Positions 29,361-41,342 of a stretch of 64,000 nucleotides of DNA are shown piece by piece; position 1 is the stretch's first letter, and each line of letters opens with the position of its first letter. The DNA lies in the NCBI GenBank assembly GCA_044432745.1, contig JAWXUH010000001.1, forward strand, positions 114,760 to 178,759, in the 5' to 3' direction. Under the pieces are notes generated by a model, which saw only the letters and a list, made by a program, of their open reading frames with translations, ran no database searches and had not been told where the DNA came from. Origin of the DNA: a bacterium. Its GTDB lineage: Bacteria > Bacillota_I > Bacilli_A > RF39 > UBA660. The translations under genes were made by a program, and so were the position numbers.

Positions 29361-30605
29361 ATGAGAAGTATTTTGTGTATAGATATTAAAAGTTTCTTTG
29401 CAAGTTGTGAGTGCTTACTTTTGAATAAAGATCCCTTTACTACCCCTCTTATTGTTGCTAGTCAAGCACAAAAAGATGGAGCAATTACACTTGCTATCAC
29501 ACCTTATATGAAATCACTTGGTGTTAAATCTAGATGTAGAGTTTACGAAATTCCAAGAAATATTAAATATATTTTAAAAGAACCTAAAATGTCTTTTTAT
29601 CAAAAAATGAGTAAAGAAGTTATTTCTATTTATTTAGATTTTGTATCTAAAGAAGACATACATGTTTATTCTATAGATGAAGCTTTCCTTGATGTAACTA
29701 ATTATCTAAATTATTACAATATGACTGACTATGAACTTGCTCAAGAAATAATGAATACCGTTTTTAAAAAAACAGGTTTATACGCATCTTGTGGAATTGG
29801 TGAAAATATGTTTATTGCTAAAAGTGCCATGGATATTGATGCTAAACAAAATAAAGATAACATTGCTAAATGGTCTATGGAAGAAGCAAAAATTAAACTA
29901 AAAAAAATTACTAAATTAACAGATATGTGGGGAATTGGTCCTAATACAGCTAGAAAATTAAATAGTGTTGGTATCTTTTCAATTAAAGATTTAGCCGAAT
30001 ATGATAAAGATAAATTGATTAAAAAATTTGGTATTATAGGAGAAGAACTTTGGTCTCATGCTAATGGTCAAGATGATGCTATTATAAGTGATAACACCTC
30101 TTTAACAAAAAATCTAAGTTATGGAACTAGTCAAATGCTTTTTAAAGATTATGATATAGATAGTATTCAAATAATATTAAAAGAGTCTATAAATACTCTC
30201 GTAGCACGTCTTAGAACTAACAATAAAATGTGTAAACGTATAAGTGTCGGTATTGGATATACTAAATCACTTAATAAAGGTTTTTACCACTCTATTACAA
30301 TGGATAATTACACTAGAGATTCTAATAAAATTTTCGAGTATTCTATGTTCATAATTAAAGAACATATTGAAGATTATCCTATAAGAAAAATATCTATTTC
30401 TTTTGGAACAATAATATCACAAAATTCAGTTCAACATTCATTATTTGATACTAAAAATTCAGTTATAAAAAATGATAATCTAAATACTCATATAGATTCA
30501 ATACATTCAAAGTATGGTAAAAATTCAGTTATAAATGCAGCAGCATTACTCGAAGATTCTACACTTATAGAAAGAAATAAAAAGATTGGAGGACATAAAG
30601 CATGA
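29361..30605 (+). CDS. Y-family DNA polymerase (DinB/UmuC/UvrX-like translesion polymerase)
   Basis: Start chosen at the ATG preceded by the RBS GGAGG (the ORF track begins earlier, at 29307). Motifs ILCIDIKSFFASCE and SIDEAFLDVT carry the catalytic Asp/Glu. HhH region GIGPNTARKL. Confidence 0.8.
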   Translation: MRSILCIDIKSFFASCECLLLNKDPFTTPLIVASQAQKDGAITLAITPYMKSLGVKSRCRVYEIPRNIKYILKEPKMSFYQKMSKEVISIYLDFVSKEDIHVYSIDEAFLDVTNYLNYYNMTDYELAQEIMNTVFKKTGLYASCGIGENMFIAKSAMDIDAKQNKDNIAKWSMEEAKIKLKKITKLTDMWGIGPNTARKLNSVGIFSIKDLAEYDKDKLIKKFGIIGEELWSHANGQDDAIISDNTSLTKNLSYGTSQMLFKDYDIDSIQIILKESINTLVARLRTNNKMCKRISVGIGYTKSLNKGFYHSITMDNYTRDSNKIFEYSMFIIKEHIEDYPIRKISISFGTIISQNSVQHSLFDTKNSVIKNDNLNTHIDSIHSKYGKNSVINAAALLEDSTLIERNKKIGGHKA

Positions 30606-30916
30606 GCGATAGAAAAATGACAAAATGGAAAGCATTTGACGCAGTTATAAATTCTCAAAAAATTTTGAACGAACTTAGTTTAGAAAAAGAAGTTTCTAGT
30701 ATGCCAATACTAAGTGAAGATGATTATATTGAAATAGAAAAAAATATTTTAATGGCTTTTAATTCAAAAGAAAAAATAACTATAAGTTATTTTGAAAACG
30801 GCAAAATTAAATCTACTTCCTCTACTATATTAAGAATAAACAAATATTCTAAGGAAATTATATTAGAAAATAAAGTTAAAATTACTTTTGATCAAATTAC
30901 AAATACTAACCTTTAG
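30602..30916 (+). CDS. YolD-like protein (accessory partner of Y-family polymerases)
   Basis: 104 aa. ATGA start/stop overlap with the polymerase gene. N-terminal MTKWKAFDAV matches the YolD-like W-x-P/A-F pattern. Confidence 0.5.
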   Translation: MSDRKMTKWKAFDAVINSQKILNELSLEKEVSSMPILSEDDYIEIEKNILMAFNSKEKITISYFENGKIKSTSSTILRINKYSKEIILENKVKITFDQITNTNL

Positions 30917-32255
30917 TATTTGTTTTTTTATTGTTTAATAAATTTTCAGGATTTCCTGCATAACATTTTAATATTTTTTCTAGATGATTTAAACTTCCAT
31001 ATGTATCAAATTCCCAATTTATATATTCTTCACAAGTAAGTTTGTTTGCTTCTTGTACTTCTATTGAACAAGTGCTTGGATATGCTTTAGGGTTAGAATA
31101 TACTAATTCTACTTCTTTTATGAAAAAATCATAACTATTAATGTTTAATATTTCTTCTCTTGTCATGCTATTTTTTTCAGATAATTTATCTATTATAATA
31201 TTTGCTGTTCCAGGCCCCATATTATACGCAATACAAGTTAAAAATGTATTACTATTATATAACGAATTTAACTTGGAGTACATCATAATTGCGCATTTAA
31301 CATTCAATATTGGATCTGTTATATTTTCAACTGATATTGTTTCTTTTTCTATAGTATTTGTAATTAAATCAAGAACTTCTAATTCCGTTCCTATATTTAC
31401 ATTTTCTATTTGAAAAGCTCCATATGCGTAACCATTAAATCTTTCTCCACCTGGCAATGTTTCTTCATGATCAAGCGATGATTCTGCTATTGCAAGTGAT
31501 ATTAATAAATTATAATCTAAATTATATTTTATGGAGCACTCTATTAATATTTTTCCCGCATCAGTATTCAAAAATCTAGTTACTTTATGATATACGTATT
31601 CATTATATTCTGATCCTACGCTTATATCTCCAAATACTTCTTCATCTAAATAAGTATTATATTCAAATTTTCTGGTATTTATTATTTCTTCAACAATATG
31701 ATTTATATCAAAATCATATTTTTCATTGTCTTCTTCACAGAATACTTTTAACATTTCTTTCTCAGTTTTTATATCAATGTCACTATTCATTATGTATTCA
31801 TTTTTTTCTTGTATATCAATACTTTTCTTATATGCTCCGGTTACAACAACTGTACAAAGAGATAAACTTATTATTTTTTTTAAATTTTTTTTAGTTAAAT
31901 TTTTATAAAATCTGTAATTTGATAAAAATTTTTGCAATTCTTCATATTTTTTTTCATCAAGTTTATTTGAGGTATTTTCATCAATTTTTGAATCAATCAA
32001 ATGATCAAGATTTCTATTAAATCTTAAATATTTTTCTTCATTCAATACTTTATTATTTATAACACATGAAAAATTTTCAAAAACTAAAAAATCATGTTCA
32101 TTTCTTTGACTACTTACTAATTGATTATCTTCCATTATCATGGATAAATATAATATTATATCTGCTCCACCACTTATAGTTTTTACTTGTTTTTCTATTT
32201 CACTTACTACATCAGCATGTATGCCTTTGTAATTTTCATATATATATATTTTCAT
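30906..32255 (-). CDS. lytic transglycosylase (SLT) domain protein with unknown N-terminal cytoplasmic domain and one TM segment
   Basis: 449 aa. TM helix IISLSLCTVVVTGAY. SLT catalytic motif LLISLAIAESSLDHEE...GAYGAFQI (E-S ... GAxGxxQ). Confidence 0.6.
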   Translation of the reverse strand: MKIYIYENYKGIHADVVSEIEKQVKTISGGADIILYLSMIMEDNQLVSSQRNEHDFLVFENFSCVINNKVLNEEKYLRFNRNLDHLIDSKIDENTSNKLDEKKYEELQKFLSNYRFYKNLTKKNLKKIISLSLCTVVVTGAYKKSIDIQEKNEYIMNSDIDIKTEKEMLKVFCEEDNEKYDFDINHIVEEIINTRKFEYNTYLDEEVFGDISVGSEYNEYVYHKVTRFLNTDAGKILIECSIKYNLDYNLLISLAIAESSLDHEETLPGGERFNGYAYGAFQIENVNIGTELEVLDLITNTIEKETISVENITDPILNVKCAIMMYSKLNSLYNSNTFLTCIAYNMGPGTANIIIDKLSEKNSMTREEILNINSYDFFIKEVELVYSNPKAYPSTCSIEVQEANKLTCEEYINWEFDTYGSLNHLEKILKCYAGNPENLLNNKKTNTKG

Positions 32256-32340
32256 AAAAGCATTTCCTATCTTAGGAAAATTATATCATATTTTTCACTT
32301 TTATTCTAGAAAAAAAAAATAAAAAATGTTAAAACATTTT

Positions 32341-35300
32341 TTATTCTTCTGTACTAATTACTTCTTCTTTTTCAATAAAGTTTTTTTCTAATGCTGAATC
32401 TACTTCATCATCTAAAAATTCTTTTTCTAAATCAAAAGATATATCTGAATATTCTTTAGCACCTGTACCAGCTGGTATTAATTTACCAATGATAACATTT
32501 TCCTTAAGACCTTTTAAGTGATCTACTTTACTACGTATTGCAGCATCTGTAAGAACTCTTGTTGTTTCTTGGAAACTTGCTGCTGATAAGAATGAATCAG
32601 TTTCAAGAGAAGATTTTGTAATACCAAGCATTATAGGATTTCCTGTTGCTGGTATTTTACCTTCCATTATTACTGGTTTATTACCTTCACTAAATTCACG
32701 TAACGAAATAGCTAAACCTTCTACAAATGGAGAATCTCCTCCGTTTGTAATTCTGATTTTATTAATCATTCTCTTAACTATTATTTCAATGTGTTTATCA
32801 TTAATATCAACACCTTGAAGTTTATATACTTTTTGTACTTCTTTTAGTATATATTCTTGTGCACGTAGTGGATTAGTATATGCAAGTAATTCTTTTGGTG
32901 AAATAACACCATTTGTTAGAACATCTCCTGCTTCTACTTCATCTCCAACTTCTACTTTCACTGATGAATTATAGTTTGTTGTAATTTCTGTAATTCCTGA
33001 TGCATTTTCGATTGCAATATCATGTTTACCATTATTTTCAGTTATTTTAACTATTTGACCTGTTACTTCAGCAAGTGTTGCTTTAATTTTAGGTATTCTA
33101 GCTTCAAATAATTCTTCAACTCTTGGTAACCCTTGAGTGATATCGTCATCCCCTGCAACTCCACCTGTATGGAATGTTCTCATTGTAAGCTGTGTTCCTG
33201 GTTCCCCAATTGATTGTGCAGCCATTATACCTACAGCTTCACCTGTTTCAACTAAATTATTAGTTGCTAGGTTACGACCATAACATTTTTGACATACTCC
33301 ACCATCACATTTACAAGTAAGTACACTTCTTATTTCTACACGTTTAATATCTGCTGCTACTATTTTAGACACAATACTTTCAGTGATCATTTCACCAGCA
33401 TTTAATATCAATTCTTTAGTTTCTGGATGTATAATTTTCTTAGATGAAAATCTTCCTAATATACGTTCACCTAATGTTTCAATAATCGAATTATCTTTTT
33501 CATTTAGTAAATCGTATGTCATGATACCTTGAGAAGTACCACAATCATGTTCACGTATAAGTATATCTTGTGCAACGTCAACTAATCTTCTTGTTAAGTA
33601 ACCTGAATCGGCTGTACGAAGTGCTGTATCTGCTGAACCTTTTCTTGAACCATGAGTTGACAAGAAGAATTCTGATACGCTTAATCCTTCAATAAATGAT
33701 GATGTAATTGGAATTTCTTCCGTTTCACCACTTGGTTTAGCCATTAATCCACGCATACCTGCAAGCTGTGTAAAGTTTGAGATCTTACCACGGGCACCAG
33801 AGTTCATCATCATGAATAACGGATTATCAAAATCATTTTCAGACAATTCACGAAGTTCTTTTTTAACTTCATCTGTTGCTCCAGACCAAACATCTATAAC
33901 TGATTGATATCTTTCACCTTCAGTTATCATACCTCTTTGGTATTGTTTATTAATTTTATCTACTTTTTCTTTTGCTTTTAAAATTATTTCATCTTTATTA
34001 TTACTTGTAACAATATCAGAAATTGATACAGTTATACCTGCTTTTGTTGAATATTTAAATCCAAGATTTTTTAAATTATCAAGCATTATTGATGTTTCAG
34101 TTGTATGATATCTCTTAAATACTTGAGCAATTATTAGTGATAAATCTTTTTGAATAAATGGTTTATTCACTGGAAGTTTATCAACAAATTCAATAATATT
34201 TTCTCCCATTTCAATAAAATATTGACTTGGTGTAATACCTTCGATATTTTCAATACTAGCTTCATTTATATATGGAAGCGTATCTGGAAGAACTTCATTG
34301 AATTTAATTTTCCCAACTGTTGTTACGAAATATTTATCCATTACATCTGGTGAAAACAATTTATGTTTAAACGAATTTACTGGAATAACTATTCTAGTAT
34401 GAAGATTTAAATCTCCTCTTTCGTATGCCATGCATGCTTCATTTACATCTTTATATACGTGACCTTCTTTTTTATGACCTCTTTTTTCCATTGTTAAATA
34501 ACAATTTCCAAGTACCATATCTTGTGAAGGTGTAACGATTGGTTTACCATCTTTTGGATTCAAGATATTATTTGCACCTATCATTAAAATTCTAGCTTCT
34601 GCTTTTGCTTCTTCTGATAATGGAACATGTACTGCCATTTGATCTCCATCGAAATCGGCATTAAATGCTGTACAAACAAGTGGATGTAATCTAATAGCTT
34701 TTCCACCAATTAACTTAGGTTCAAACGCTTGAATACCAAGTCTATGTAGTGTCGGTGCACGGTTAAGCATTACTGGGTATTCAGTTATTACATCTTCTAC
34801 AATATCCCATACTTTTTCATCACGTGCGTCAATTAATTTTTTAGCACCTTTAATGTTATGAGCTAAACCACGTTCAACTATACCATTAATAATATGCGGT
34901 TTAAATAGTTCAATTGCCATTTCTTTTGGAAGACCACATTGATACATTTTAAGATTTGGTCCAACAACAATTACTGAACGTCCAGAATAATCTACACGTT
35001 TACCTAGTAAGTTTTGTCTAAATCTACCTTGTTTACCTTTAAGCATTGATGATAAACTCTTAAGTGGTCTAGCATTTGCACTTGTTACACTTCTTCCACG
35101 TCTACCGTTATCAAATAACGAATCAACTGCTTCTTGAAGCATTCTTTTTTCATTTTGTACAATAATCGCTGGTGCTCCTAGTTCAAGTAATTTCTTTAAA
35201 CGAGTATTTCTGTTAATTATTCTTCTATACAAATCATTTAAATCACTTGTTGCAAATCTACCACCATCAAGTTGAATCATAGGTCTAAGTTCTGGTGGAA

Positions 35301-36000
35301 TAACTGGAACTACATCTAATACCATCCACTCAGGTTTATTATCACTATCTTCAAAAGCACATAAACAATCTAATCTTTTTACTAATCTTACTCGTCTTTG
35401 GCTTGTTGCTGTTTCAAGTTCTCTTCTAACTTCAACCAATTCTTCTTGGATATTTACATCTTTAAGTAGTTGTTGGATAGCTTCCGCACCTTTTCCTACT
35501 TTAAAATCATTTCCGTATGTTTCATAATATGTACGATATTCTTTATCAGTTAATATTTGTTTTTTAAGTAATGGTGATTTACCAGGATCAACTACTACAT
35601 AACTAACAAAATATAAAACTTCTTCAAGATTTCTTGGTGACATATCAAGTACTAATCCCATTTTAGATGGAACTCCTTTAAAGAACCAAATGTGAGAACA
35701 AGGAGCAGCAAGTTCAATGTGCCCCATTCTTTCTCTTCTTACATTTGATCTAGTAACTTCTACACCACATCTATCACATATTATACTTTTATATCTTAAT
35801 CTTTTGTATTTACCACATGAACATTCATAATCTTTAGAAGGTCCAAATATTTTTTCACAAAATAACCCATCTTTTTCAGGTTTTAGCGTACGATAATTTA
35901 TTGTTTCAGGTTTTTTAACCTCACCGTATGACCAACTTCTTATTTTATCAGGACTAGCTATACCAATTTTTATTCCTTTAAATTTTCTAACATCAATCAT
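32341..36000 (-). CDS. rpoC: DNA-directed RNA polymerase subunit beta'
   Basis: 1219 aa. Zn-finger CxxC...CxxC near the N-terminus. Catalytic NADFDGDQM. Trigger loop and C-terminal regions conserved. Confidence 0.95.
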   Translation of the reverse strand: MIDVRKFKGIKIGIASPDKIRSWSYGEVKKPETINYRTLKPEKDGLFCEKIFGPSKDYECSCGKYKRLRYKSIICDRCGVEVTRSNVRRERMGHIELAAPCSHIWFFKGVPSKMGLVLDMSPRNLEEVLYFVSYVVVDPGKSPLLKKQILTDKEYRTYYETYGNDFKVGKGAEAIQQLLKDVNIQEELVEVRRELETATSQRRVRLVKRLDCLCAFEDSDNKPEWMVLDVVPVIPPELRPMIQLDGGRFATSDLNDLYRRIINRNTRLKKLLELGAPAIIVQNEKRMLQEAVDSLFDNGRRGRSVTSANARPLKSLSSMLKGKQGRFRQNLLGKRVDYSGRSVIVVGPNLKMYQCGLPKEMAIELFKPHIINGIVERGLAHNIKGAKKLIDARDEKVWDIVEDVITEYPVMLNRAPTLHRLGIQAFEPKLIGGKAIRLHPLVCTAFNADFDGDQMAVHVPLSEEAKAEARILMIGANNILNPKDGKPIVTPSQDMVLGNCYLTMEKRGHKKEGHVYKDVNEACMAYERGDLNLHTRIVIPVNSFKHKLFSPDVMDKYFVTTVGKIKFNEVLPDTLPYINEASIENIEGITPSQYFIEMGENIIEFVDKLPVNKPFIQKDLSLIIAQVFKRYHTTETSIMLDNLKNLGFKYSTKAGITVSISDIVTSNNKDEIILKAKEKVDKINKQYQRGMITEGERYQSVIDVWSGATDEVKKELRELSENDFDNPLFMMMNSGARGKISNFTQLAGMRGLMAKPSGETEEIPITSSFIEGLSVSEFFLSTHGSRKGSADTALRTADSGYLTRRLVDVAQDILIREHDCGTSQGIMTYDLLNEKDNSIIETLGERILGRFSSKKIIHPETKELILNAGEMITESIVSKIVAADIKRVEIRSVLTCKCDGGVCQKCYGRNLATNNLVETGEAVGIMAAQSIGEPGTQLTMRTFHTGGVAGDDDITQGLPRVEELFEARIPKIKATLAEVTGQIVKITENNGKHDIAIENASGITEITTNYNSSVKVEVGDEVEAGDVLTNGVISPKELLAYTNPLRAQEYILKEVQKVYKLQGVDINDKHIEIIVKRMINKIRITNGGDSPFVEGLAISLREFSEGNKPVIMEGKIPATGNPIMLGITKSSLETDSFLSAASFQETTRVLTDAAIRSKVDHLKGLKENVIIGKLIPAGTGAKEYSDISFDLEKEFLDDEVDSALEKNFIEKEEVISTEE

Positions 36001-36007
36001 CGTTTAC

Positions 36008-39000
36008 TTACTCCCTTTCTTTTTCTTCGTCTTCAAGTAGTATATCACCAGGGAACTCAAGTTCATCAAGTTCATCTACAAATTTTTCTTCTACTTCTTC
36101 CAACGATTCTTCTTCTTTTTCAGAAGTTTCTTCTTTTGTAACATTTTCAGTTTTAAGATCTATTTCATCAATTTTGAAACTTTCTTCAACTTCTTCTTCT
36201 TCCATATCGCTAAATTCACAAACTTCATCGTCTTGATTAATTACTTGTAAATCAAGTCCTAATGCTTCTAATTCTTTAACTAATACTCTGAAACTTTCTG
36301 GTACACCAGCTTGATTAATAACTCTACCTTTTACTAGAGATTCGTAAACTTTAACACGTCCTACAATATCATCTGACTTAACAGTTAAAATTTCTTGAAG
36401 TATATGAGCTGCTCCATATGCATATAATGCCCAAACTTCCATTTCACCAAATCTTTGTCCACCAAATTGTGCTTTACCACCTAATGGTTGTTGAGTTACT
36501 AATGAATAAGGTCCTGTAGCACGAGCATGAAGTTTATCATCTACCATGTGGTGTAATTTAACCATGTACATTACCCCAACAGTTACTTTATGATCGAATT
36601 TTTCACCTGTTCTACCGTCTGTTAATACTACTTTAGCATCTTCATCCATACCAGCTTCTGCTATTTCTTCTTTTATATCATCCCATGATGCTGAATCAAA
36701 TACGCTTGTTGCATAATGAACACCCATTTTTTTACCAGCCATACCTAGATGTACTTCTAATATTTGTCCAATATTCATACGTGATGGAACCCCAAGTGGA
36801 TTAAGCATTATATCTACTGGTCTACCATCTGGCATATATGGCATATCTTCTGCAGGTAATACTAAAGATATTACCCCTTTATTACCATGTCTACCTGACA
36901 TTTTGTCCCCAACTTGCATTTTACGTTTTTGTATTATATATACTCTTATTATTTTTGTTACTCCTGGTGAAAGTTCATCAGAATTTTCTTTTGTATATAT
37001 TTTAATATCATGTATTATACCAGCTGCTCCGTGTTCAACTTTTAATGAAGTATCTCTAACTTCACGAGCTTTTTCACCAAAAATAGCATGTAATAATTTT
37101 TCTTCACTAGTAAGTTCTTGTACACCTTTTGGAGTTATTTTACCAACTAGTATGTCACCTTCTTCTACTTCAGTACCAATTCTTACAATACCTTCAGCAT
37201 CAAGATTTTTACGCGCTTCTTCTCCAACATTTGGAATATCACGAGTAATTTCTTCTGGCCCAAGTTTCGTTTCACGACACTCTATATCATAGTGACTTAT
37301 ATGTAATGATGTATAAACATCATCTTTAACTAAATTTTCATTTAATATAACAGCATCTTCATAGTTATATCCATCAAATGTCATGAATGCTACTGTCATA
37401 TTTTTTCCAAGTGCAAGTTCCCCTTGATCAGTAGATGGTCCGTCTGCAAGTATTTGATTTGCTTTAACTTTATCACCTTTTTTTACTAGAGGTCTATGAT
37501 TTATACAACTCTCTGCATTACTTCTTTCGAATGATGCTAAGAAATATACATCTTCACCTTTTGCTACTTTTACTTTTATTTTTAAACTATCTGCATAAGT
37601 TACTATACCATCTGCTTTACAAACTACACATGAACCTGAGTCTCTTGCAGCTATATATTCTACACCTGTTCCTACTATTGGTGCTGCTGTTTCAAGTAGT
37701 GGTACTGCTTGACGTTGCATATTTGCTCCCATTAGTGTTCTATTGGCATCATCGAATTCCAAGAATGGAATACAACTTGCAGTTATTGATACAACTTGAC
37801 TAGTTGCTACATCCATAAAGTTAACTTTATTTTTGTCAATTCTTACTGTATCACCATCGATACGAGCAATTACTTCTTCATCAACTAATTCATTTTTATC
37901 ATTTAATTTTGTTGTTGCTTGTGATATATAATATCCAATTTCTTCATCTGCTGTTAAATAATGAATATCTTCTGTAACGATACCATTTTCTACTTTTCTA
38001 TATGGAGTCATTATAAACCCATATTCGTTAATTTTAGCATAACCAGCTAATGATGTAATAAGACCGATATTTTGTCCTTCAGGTGATTCTATTGGACAGA
38101 TTCTTCCGTAATGTGATGCATTAACGTCACGTACGTCCATTCCTGCACGTTCACGAGAAAGTCCTCCTGGCCCTAGAGATGATAAACGTCTTTTGTCAGT
38201 AAGCTCTGCTATAGGATTTATTTGATCCATGAATTTTGATAATTGCGATGAACCAAAGAATTCTTTAAGCGATGCTGTAACTGGTCTAATATTTATAAGT
38301 GTTTTTGGAGTTGCGTTTTCAATTTCTTGAGTTGTCATTCTTTCACGAATAACACGTTCCATTCTTGTTACACCGATTCTAAATTGTCCTGCTACTAATT
38401 CTCCTACTTGTCTAACACGTCTATTACCTAAATGATCTATTTCATCTGTTGAACCTATATTTGAATGTAATCCTAAATAATATGATACTGATGCATATAC
38501 ATCTGGTATTGTAAGTCTTCTTACGTCTAACGATGTATCTACACCTACTAATGAAATTATTTTTTCTTCATTTGTTGGATCAATTACTTTTACAACTTGA
38601 ATATTCTTATACTCGTCTAATTCCTCATTTATTGGGCAATCACACATGTTAATACCTTTTTCAAAAACAGGTCTTAACTCTTCTATAATTTCTTTAGTTA
38701 CTTTTGTACCTTTTTCACAAATTACTTTTTCTTCAAACATTATATCTTCAGCAAGCGTTAAACCTAATAATCTATCTACTACGTTTAATTTTTTATTGAA
38801 TTTATAACGACCAACTTTTGCTAAATCATATCTAAATCTATCAAAGAATCTAGTGATAATTTGATTTTTAGCTGATTCAAGTGTTGCTGGTTCTCCTGGT
38901 CTTAATTTTTCATAGATTTCTATTAATGCTTCATCAGTTGTTTTAGATGAATCTTTTTCAAGTGTTGCTTGAATAAATTCATTATCACCAAATAATGAAA

Positions 39001-39643
39001 TCATATCTGCATCATTTTCTAAACCAAGCGCTCTTAAGAATGTTGTAATTGTTACTTTTCTTGTACGATCAATTCTTACGTATATTACGTTTTTAACATC
39101 TGTTTCATACTCAAGCCATGTTCCTTTATTAGGAATTACTTCTGCACTAACAATTCTTCTACCATTTTTATCTATTTCTCTTTTGCAGTAAATAGATGGA
39201 CTTCTTAAAAGTTGAGATACTATAACACGTTCAGCTCCATTTATTATAAATGTTCCTGCTTCTGTCATTAAAGGTAAGTCACCTAAAAATATTGTTTGTT
39301 CAGTTACTTTTTCTTTTACTTCTCCGCTTTCTTGAACGAATAATCTAGCTTGCACTTTTAATGGTGCTGCATAGTTAACCATTCTTTCTTTAGCTTCTTT
39401 TATAGAATACCTAGGTTCATCAAAATAATAATCACCAAATTCTAATGAAATATTACCTGTGAAACTTTCCACTGGAAACAAATCGTCAAAAACTTCTTTA
39501 ATTCCATTTTCTAAAAAGTCTTGATACGATTTTTTTTGTATATCTAATAGATTACTTAATTCCAGAGTATTTTTGGTTCTAGCGAAACTTCTCCTTTCGC
39601 GGTAGTCTCCAATTTTTTTTAATTTATATGCCACGAATATCAC
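36008..39643 (-). CDS. rpoB: DNA-directed RNA polymerase subunit beta (GTG start; long acidic C-terminal tail)
   Basis: 1211 aa. N-terminal RERRSFAR. Rif-cluster region ...GSSQLSQFMDQ... and fork/catalytic motifs conserved. ~70-aa Glu/Asp-rich C-terminal extension. Confidence 0.95.
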   Translation of the reverse strand: MIFVAYKLKKIGDYRERRSFARTKNTLELSNLLDIQKKSYQDFLENGIKEVFDDLFPVESFTGNISLEFGDYYFDEPRYSIKEAKERMVNYAAPLKVQARLFVQESGEVKEKVTEQTIFLGDLPLMTEAGTFIINGAERVIVSQLLRSPSIYCKREIDKNGRRIVSAEVIPNKGTWLEYETDVKNVIYVRIDRTRKVTITTFLRALGLENDADMISLFGDNEFIQATLEKDSSKTTDEALIEIYEKLRPGEPATLESAKNQIITRFFDRFRYDLAKVGRYKFNKKLNVVDRLLGLTLAEDIMFEEKVICEKGTKVTKEIIEELRPVFEKGINMCDCPINEELDEYKNIQVVKVIDPTNEEKIISLVGVDTSLDVRRLTIPDVYASVSYYLGLHSNIGSTDEIDHLGNRRVRQVGELVAGQFRIGVTRMERVIRERMTTQEIENATPKTLINIRPVTASLKEFFGSSQLSKFMDQINPIAELTDKRRLSSLGPGGLSRERAGMDVRDVNASHYGRICPIESPEGQNIGLITSLAGYAKINEYGFIMTPYRKVENGIVTEDIHYLTADEEIGYYISQATTKLNDKNELVDEEVIARIDGDTVRIDKNKVNFMDVATSQVVSITASCIPFLEFDDANRTLMGANMQRQAVPLLETAAPIVGTGVEYIAARDSGSCVVCKADGIVTYADSLKIKVKVAKGEDVYFLASFERSNAESCINHRPLVKKGDKVKANQILADGPSTDQGELALGKNMTVAFMTFDGYNYEDAVILNENLVKDDVYTSLHISHYDIECRETKLGPEEITRDIPNVGEEARKNLDAEGIVRIGTEVEEGDILVGKITPKGVQELTSEEKLLHAIFGEKAREVRDTSLKVEHGAAGIIHDIKIYTKENSDELSPGVTKIIRVYIIQKRKMQVGDKMSGRHGNKGVISLVLPAEDMPYMPDGRPVDIMLNPLGVPSRMNIGQILEVHLGMAGKKMGVHYATSVFDSASWDDIKEEIAEAGMDEDAKVVLTDGRTGEKFDHKVTVGVMYMVKLHHMVDDKLHARATGPYSLVTQQPLGGKAQFGGQRFGEMEVWALYAYGAAHILQEILTVKSDDIVGRVKVYESLVKGRVINQAGVPESFRVLVKELEALGLDLQVINQDDEVCEFSDMEEEEVEESFKIDEIDLKTENVTKEETSEKEEESLEEVEEKFVDELDELEFPGDILLEDEEKERE

Positions 39644-39671
39644 CCCAAACCTTTGTTTTAAGACATAATTT

Positions 39672-39689
39672 CCGTCTTTAGAGAAAGAC
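39672..39689 (-). other. stem-loop in the rpoB 5' UTR
   Basis: cgtcttt-agag-aaagacg is a perfect 7-bp stem ~25 nt upstream of the rpoB GTG, downstream of the predicted transcription start. Confidence 0.4.
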
Positions 39690-39705
39690 GAGTTACCAAT
39701 TAAAA

Positions 39706-39734
39706 ATTATACTAGCAAAACGAATCAATGTCAA
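39706..39734 (-). promoter_or_regulatory. consensus sigma-A promoter for rpoB (TTGACA-17-TATAAT)
   Basis: Minus-strand TTGACATTGATTCGTTTTGCTAGTATAAT has perfect -35 and -10 hexamers with 17-nt spacing. Confidence 0.55.
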
Positions 39735-39919
39735 TAAAATTCATTAAATAATGATAAAAAGATATAACTTTCATTATATCTCTATATTAATTAAAAAATT
39801 TTATGTTATTAATATCGTTCAAATTATATACAATCCTCTCGGTAAAACTGTTACTAGTATATCATAGTTATTCATAAAAATAAATACTTTCGACAAATAT
39901 ATTTTTATCTTTCTTTTTA

Positions 39920-40414
39920 TTAAAATTTAATTCTTTTTAATACTCTTTCAGTTATTATACTATTTTTGTCATTTACTTTTGTAGTATCTTCAATTATATT
40001 TATTTCATTTGTATTATCTACTTTACTTTCATTTTCTATAATAGATTTTTGATCTTCTATTATTTCAATGGTTTTATTTTCTTCTTTATTTAGATTTTCT
40101 TCTTCTTTTGAATAATCTTTTATTTCTTCAGTAACTAGACAAGCTAAATATTTACCAAAAATCAAACTTTCTAATTTATCACAAATACGTTGCAAATCGT
40201 ATTGTATCATTGCAACTTCATTTTCAATTACGTTTTCAACTTTTAATTTATTAATCAACTCTAATAATGTATTATCTATATCTTTTAATAAATTAATATC
40301 AAATTCATAATTTTTTATTTCAGTAACTTTATCACTTTTTATTACATATTGTATTAACTTTCTATAATAATTTACTTTTATAGAAAACTTCTTCATAACA
40401 TCTTCTTTATTCAT
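39920..40414 (-). CDS. hypothetical protein
   Basis: ORF 39920..40462, trimmed to the ATG (MNKEDVMKK) preceded by AGGGGTG. Helical and acidic; no motif. Confidence 0.35.
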   Translation of the reverse strand: MNKEDVMKKFSIKVNYYRKLIQYVIKSDKVTEIKNYEFDINLLKDIDNTLLELINKLKVENVIENEVAMIQYDLQRICDKLESLIFGKYLACLVTEEIKDYSKEEENLNKEENKTIEIIEDQKSIIENESKVDNTNEINIIEDTTKVNDKNSIITERVLKRIKF

Positions 40415-40481
40415 AAAACACCCCTGTTTAAAAATTGTATCACAAAAACAACAAAAATGCAACTAATTTGTTACATTTTCA

Positions 40482-41342
40482 TTATTTTTCCCACCTTGTT
40501 GTTACTCCACAAGGAAGTATTAAATCTTTTTTCTCAACTTTAAGACCTATTTCGTTTACAGTTATTTTTCCAGGTATATTAATATTATTTTTTATTAAAT
40601 TTTCTATTATTATTCCCGAATATCCTGCACTATACGAATTTACTATATAAAATATAGCATCATCACTTAAAAGTTCACTCGTTAATTCTATTAACTCTTT
40701 TATATTATTTTCAAATGTCCAAACTTCTCCGCCTGCTCCTCTTCCATAACTTGGTGGATCCATAACGATTCCGTCGTACTTATTTCCTCTTCTTATTTCT
40801 CTTTTTACAAATTTAAGAACATCGTCTGTTAGATATCTTATATCAGATGATTCTAAGGAATTAAGTGCTACATTTTCCTTACACCATTCATTCATCCCTT
40901 TAGATGAATCAACATGTACTACACTTGCTCCCGCAGATAAAGCAGCTACTGTCGCTGCTCCAGTATATCCAAATAAATTAAGTACCTTACATTTTTTTGA
41001 ACTTTCTTGTATTTTATTTATCATAAAATCCCAATTAACTGCTTGCTCTGGAAATAAACCAGTATGTTTAAATCCCATTTGTTTTAAATTAAACTTCAGA
41101 TTTTTATAATTTATAATCCATCTGTCTGGTACATCTTTTAAATTATTCCAAGATCCTCCACCAGAATTACTTCTGTTGTATACAGCATCTATAGATTCTT
41201 TATATTCATAATATAATTCTCTATCATCCCATATTACTTCTGGAGATGGTCTTAACAATGTTACACCTGACCAAGTTTCAATTTTTTCTTTATTTGATGC
41301 ATCAATTATTTTATATTCTTCCCAATCACTTGCTACTAACAT
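40482..41342 (-). CDS. class I SAM-dependent methyltransferase (RlmI/RlmKL-like rRNA methyltransferase catalytic domain, no PUA domain)
   Basis: 286 aa. SAM motif VLNLFGYTGAATVAALSAGASVVHVDSS and motif IV IVMDPPSYG. Confidence 0.6.
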   Translation of the reverse strand: MLVASDWEEYKIIDASNKEKIETWSGVTLLRPSPEVIWDDRELYYEYKESIDAVYNRSNSGGGSWNNLKDVPDRWIINYKNLKFNLKQMGFKHTGLFPEQAVNWDFMINKIQESSKKCKVLNLFGYTGAATVAALSAGASVVHVDSSKGMNEWCKENVALNSLESSDIRYLTDDVLKFVKREIRRGNKYDGIVMDPPSYGRGAGGEVWTFENNIKELIELTSELLSDDAIFYIVNSYSAGYSGIIIENLIKNNINIPGKITVNEIGLKVEKKDLILPCGVTTRWEK

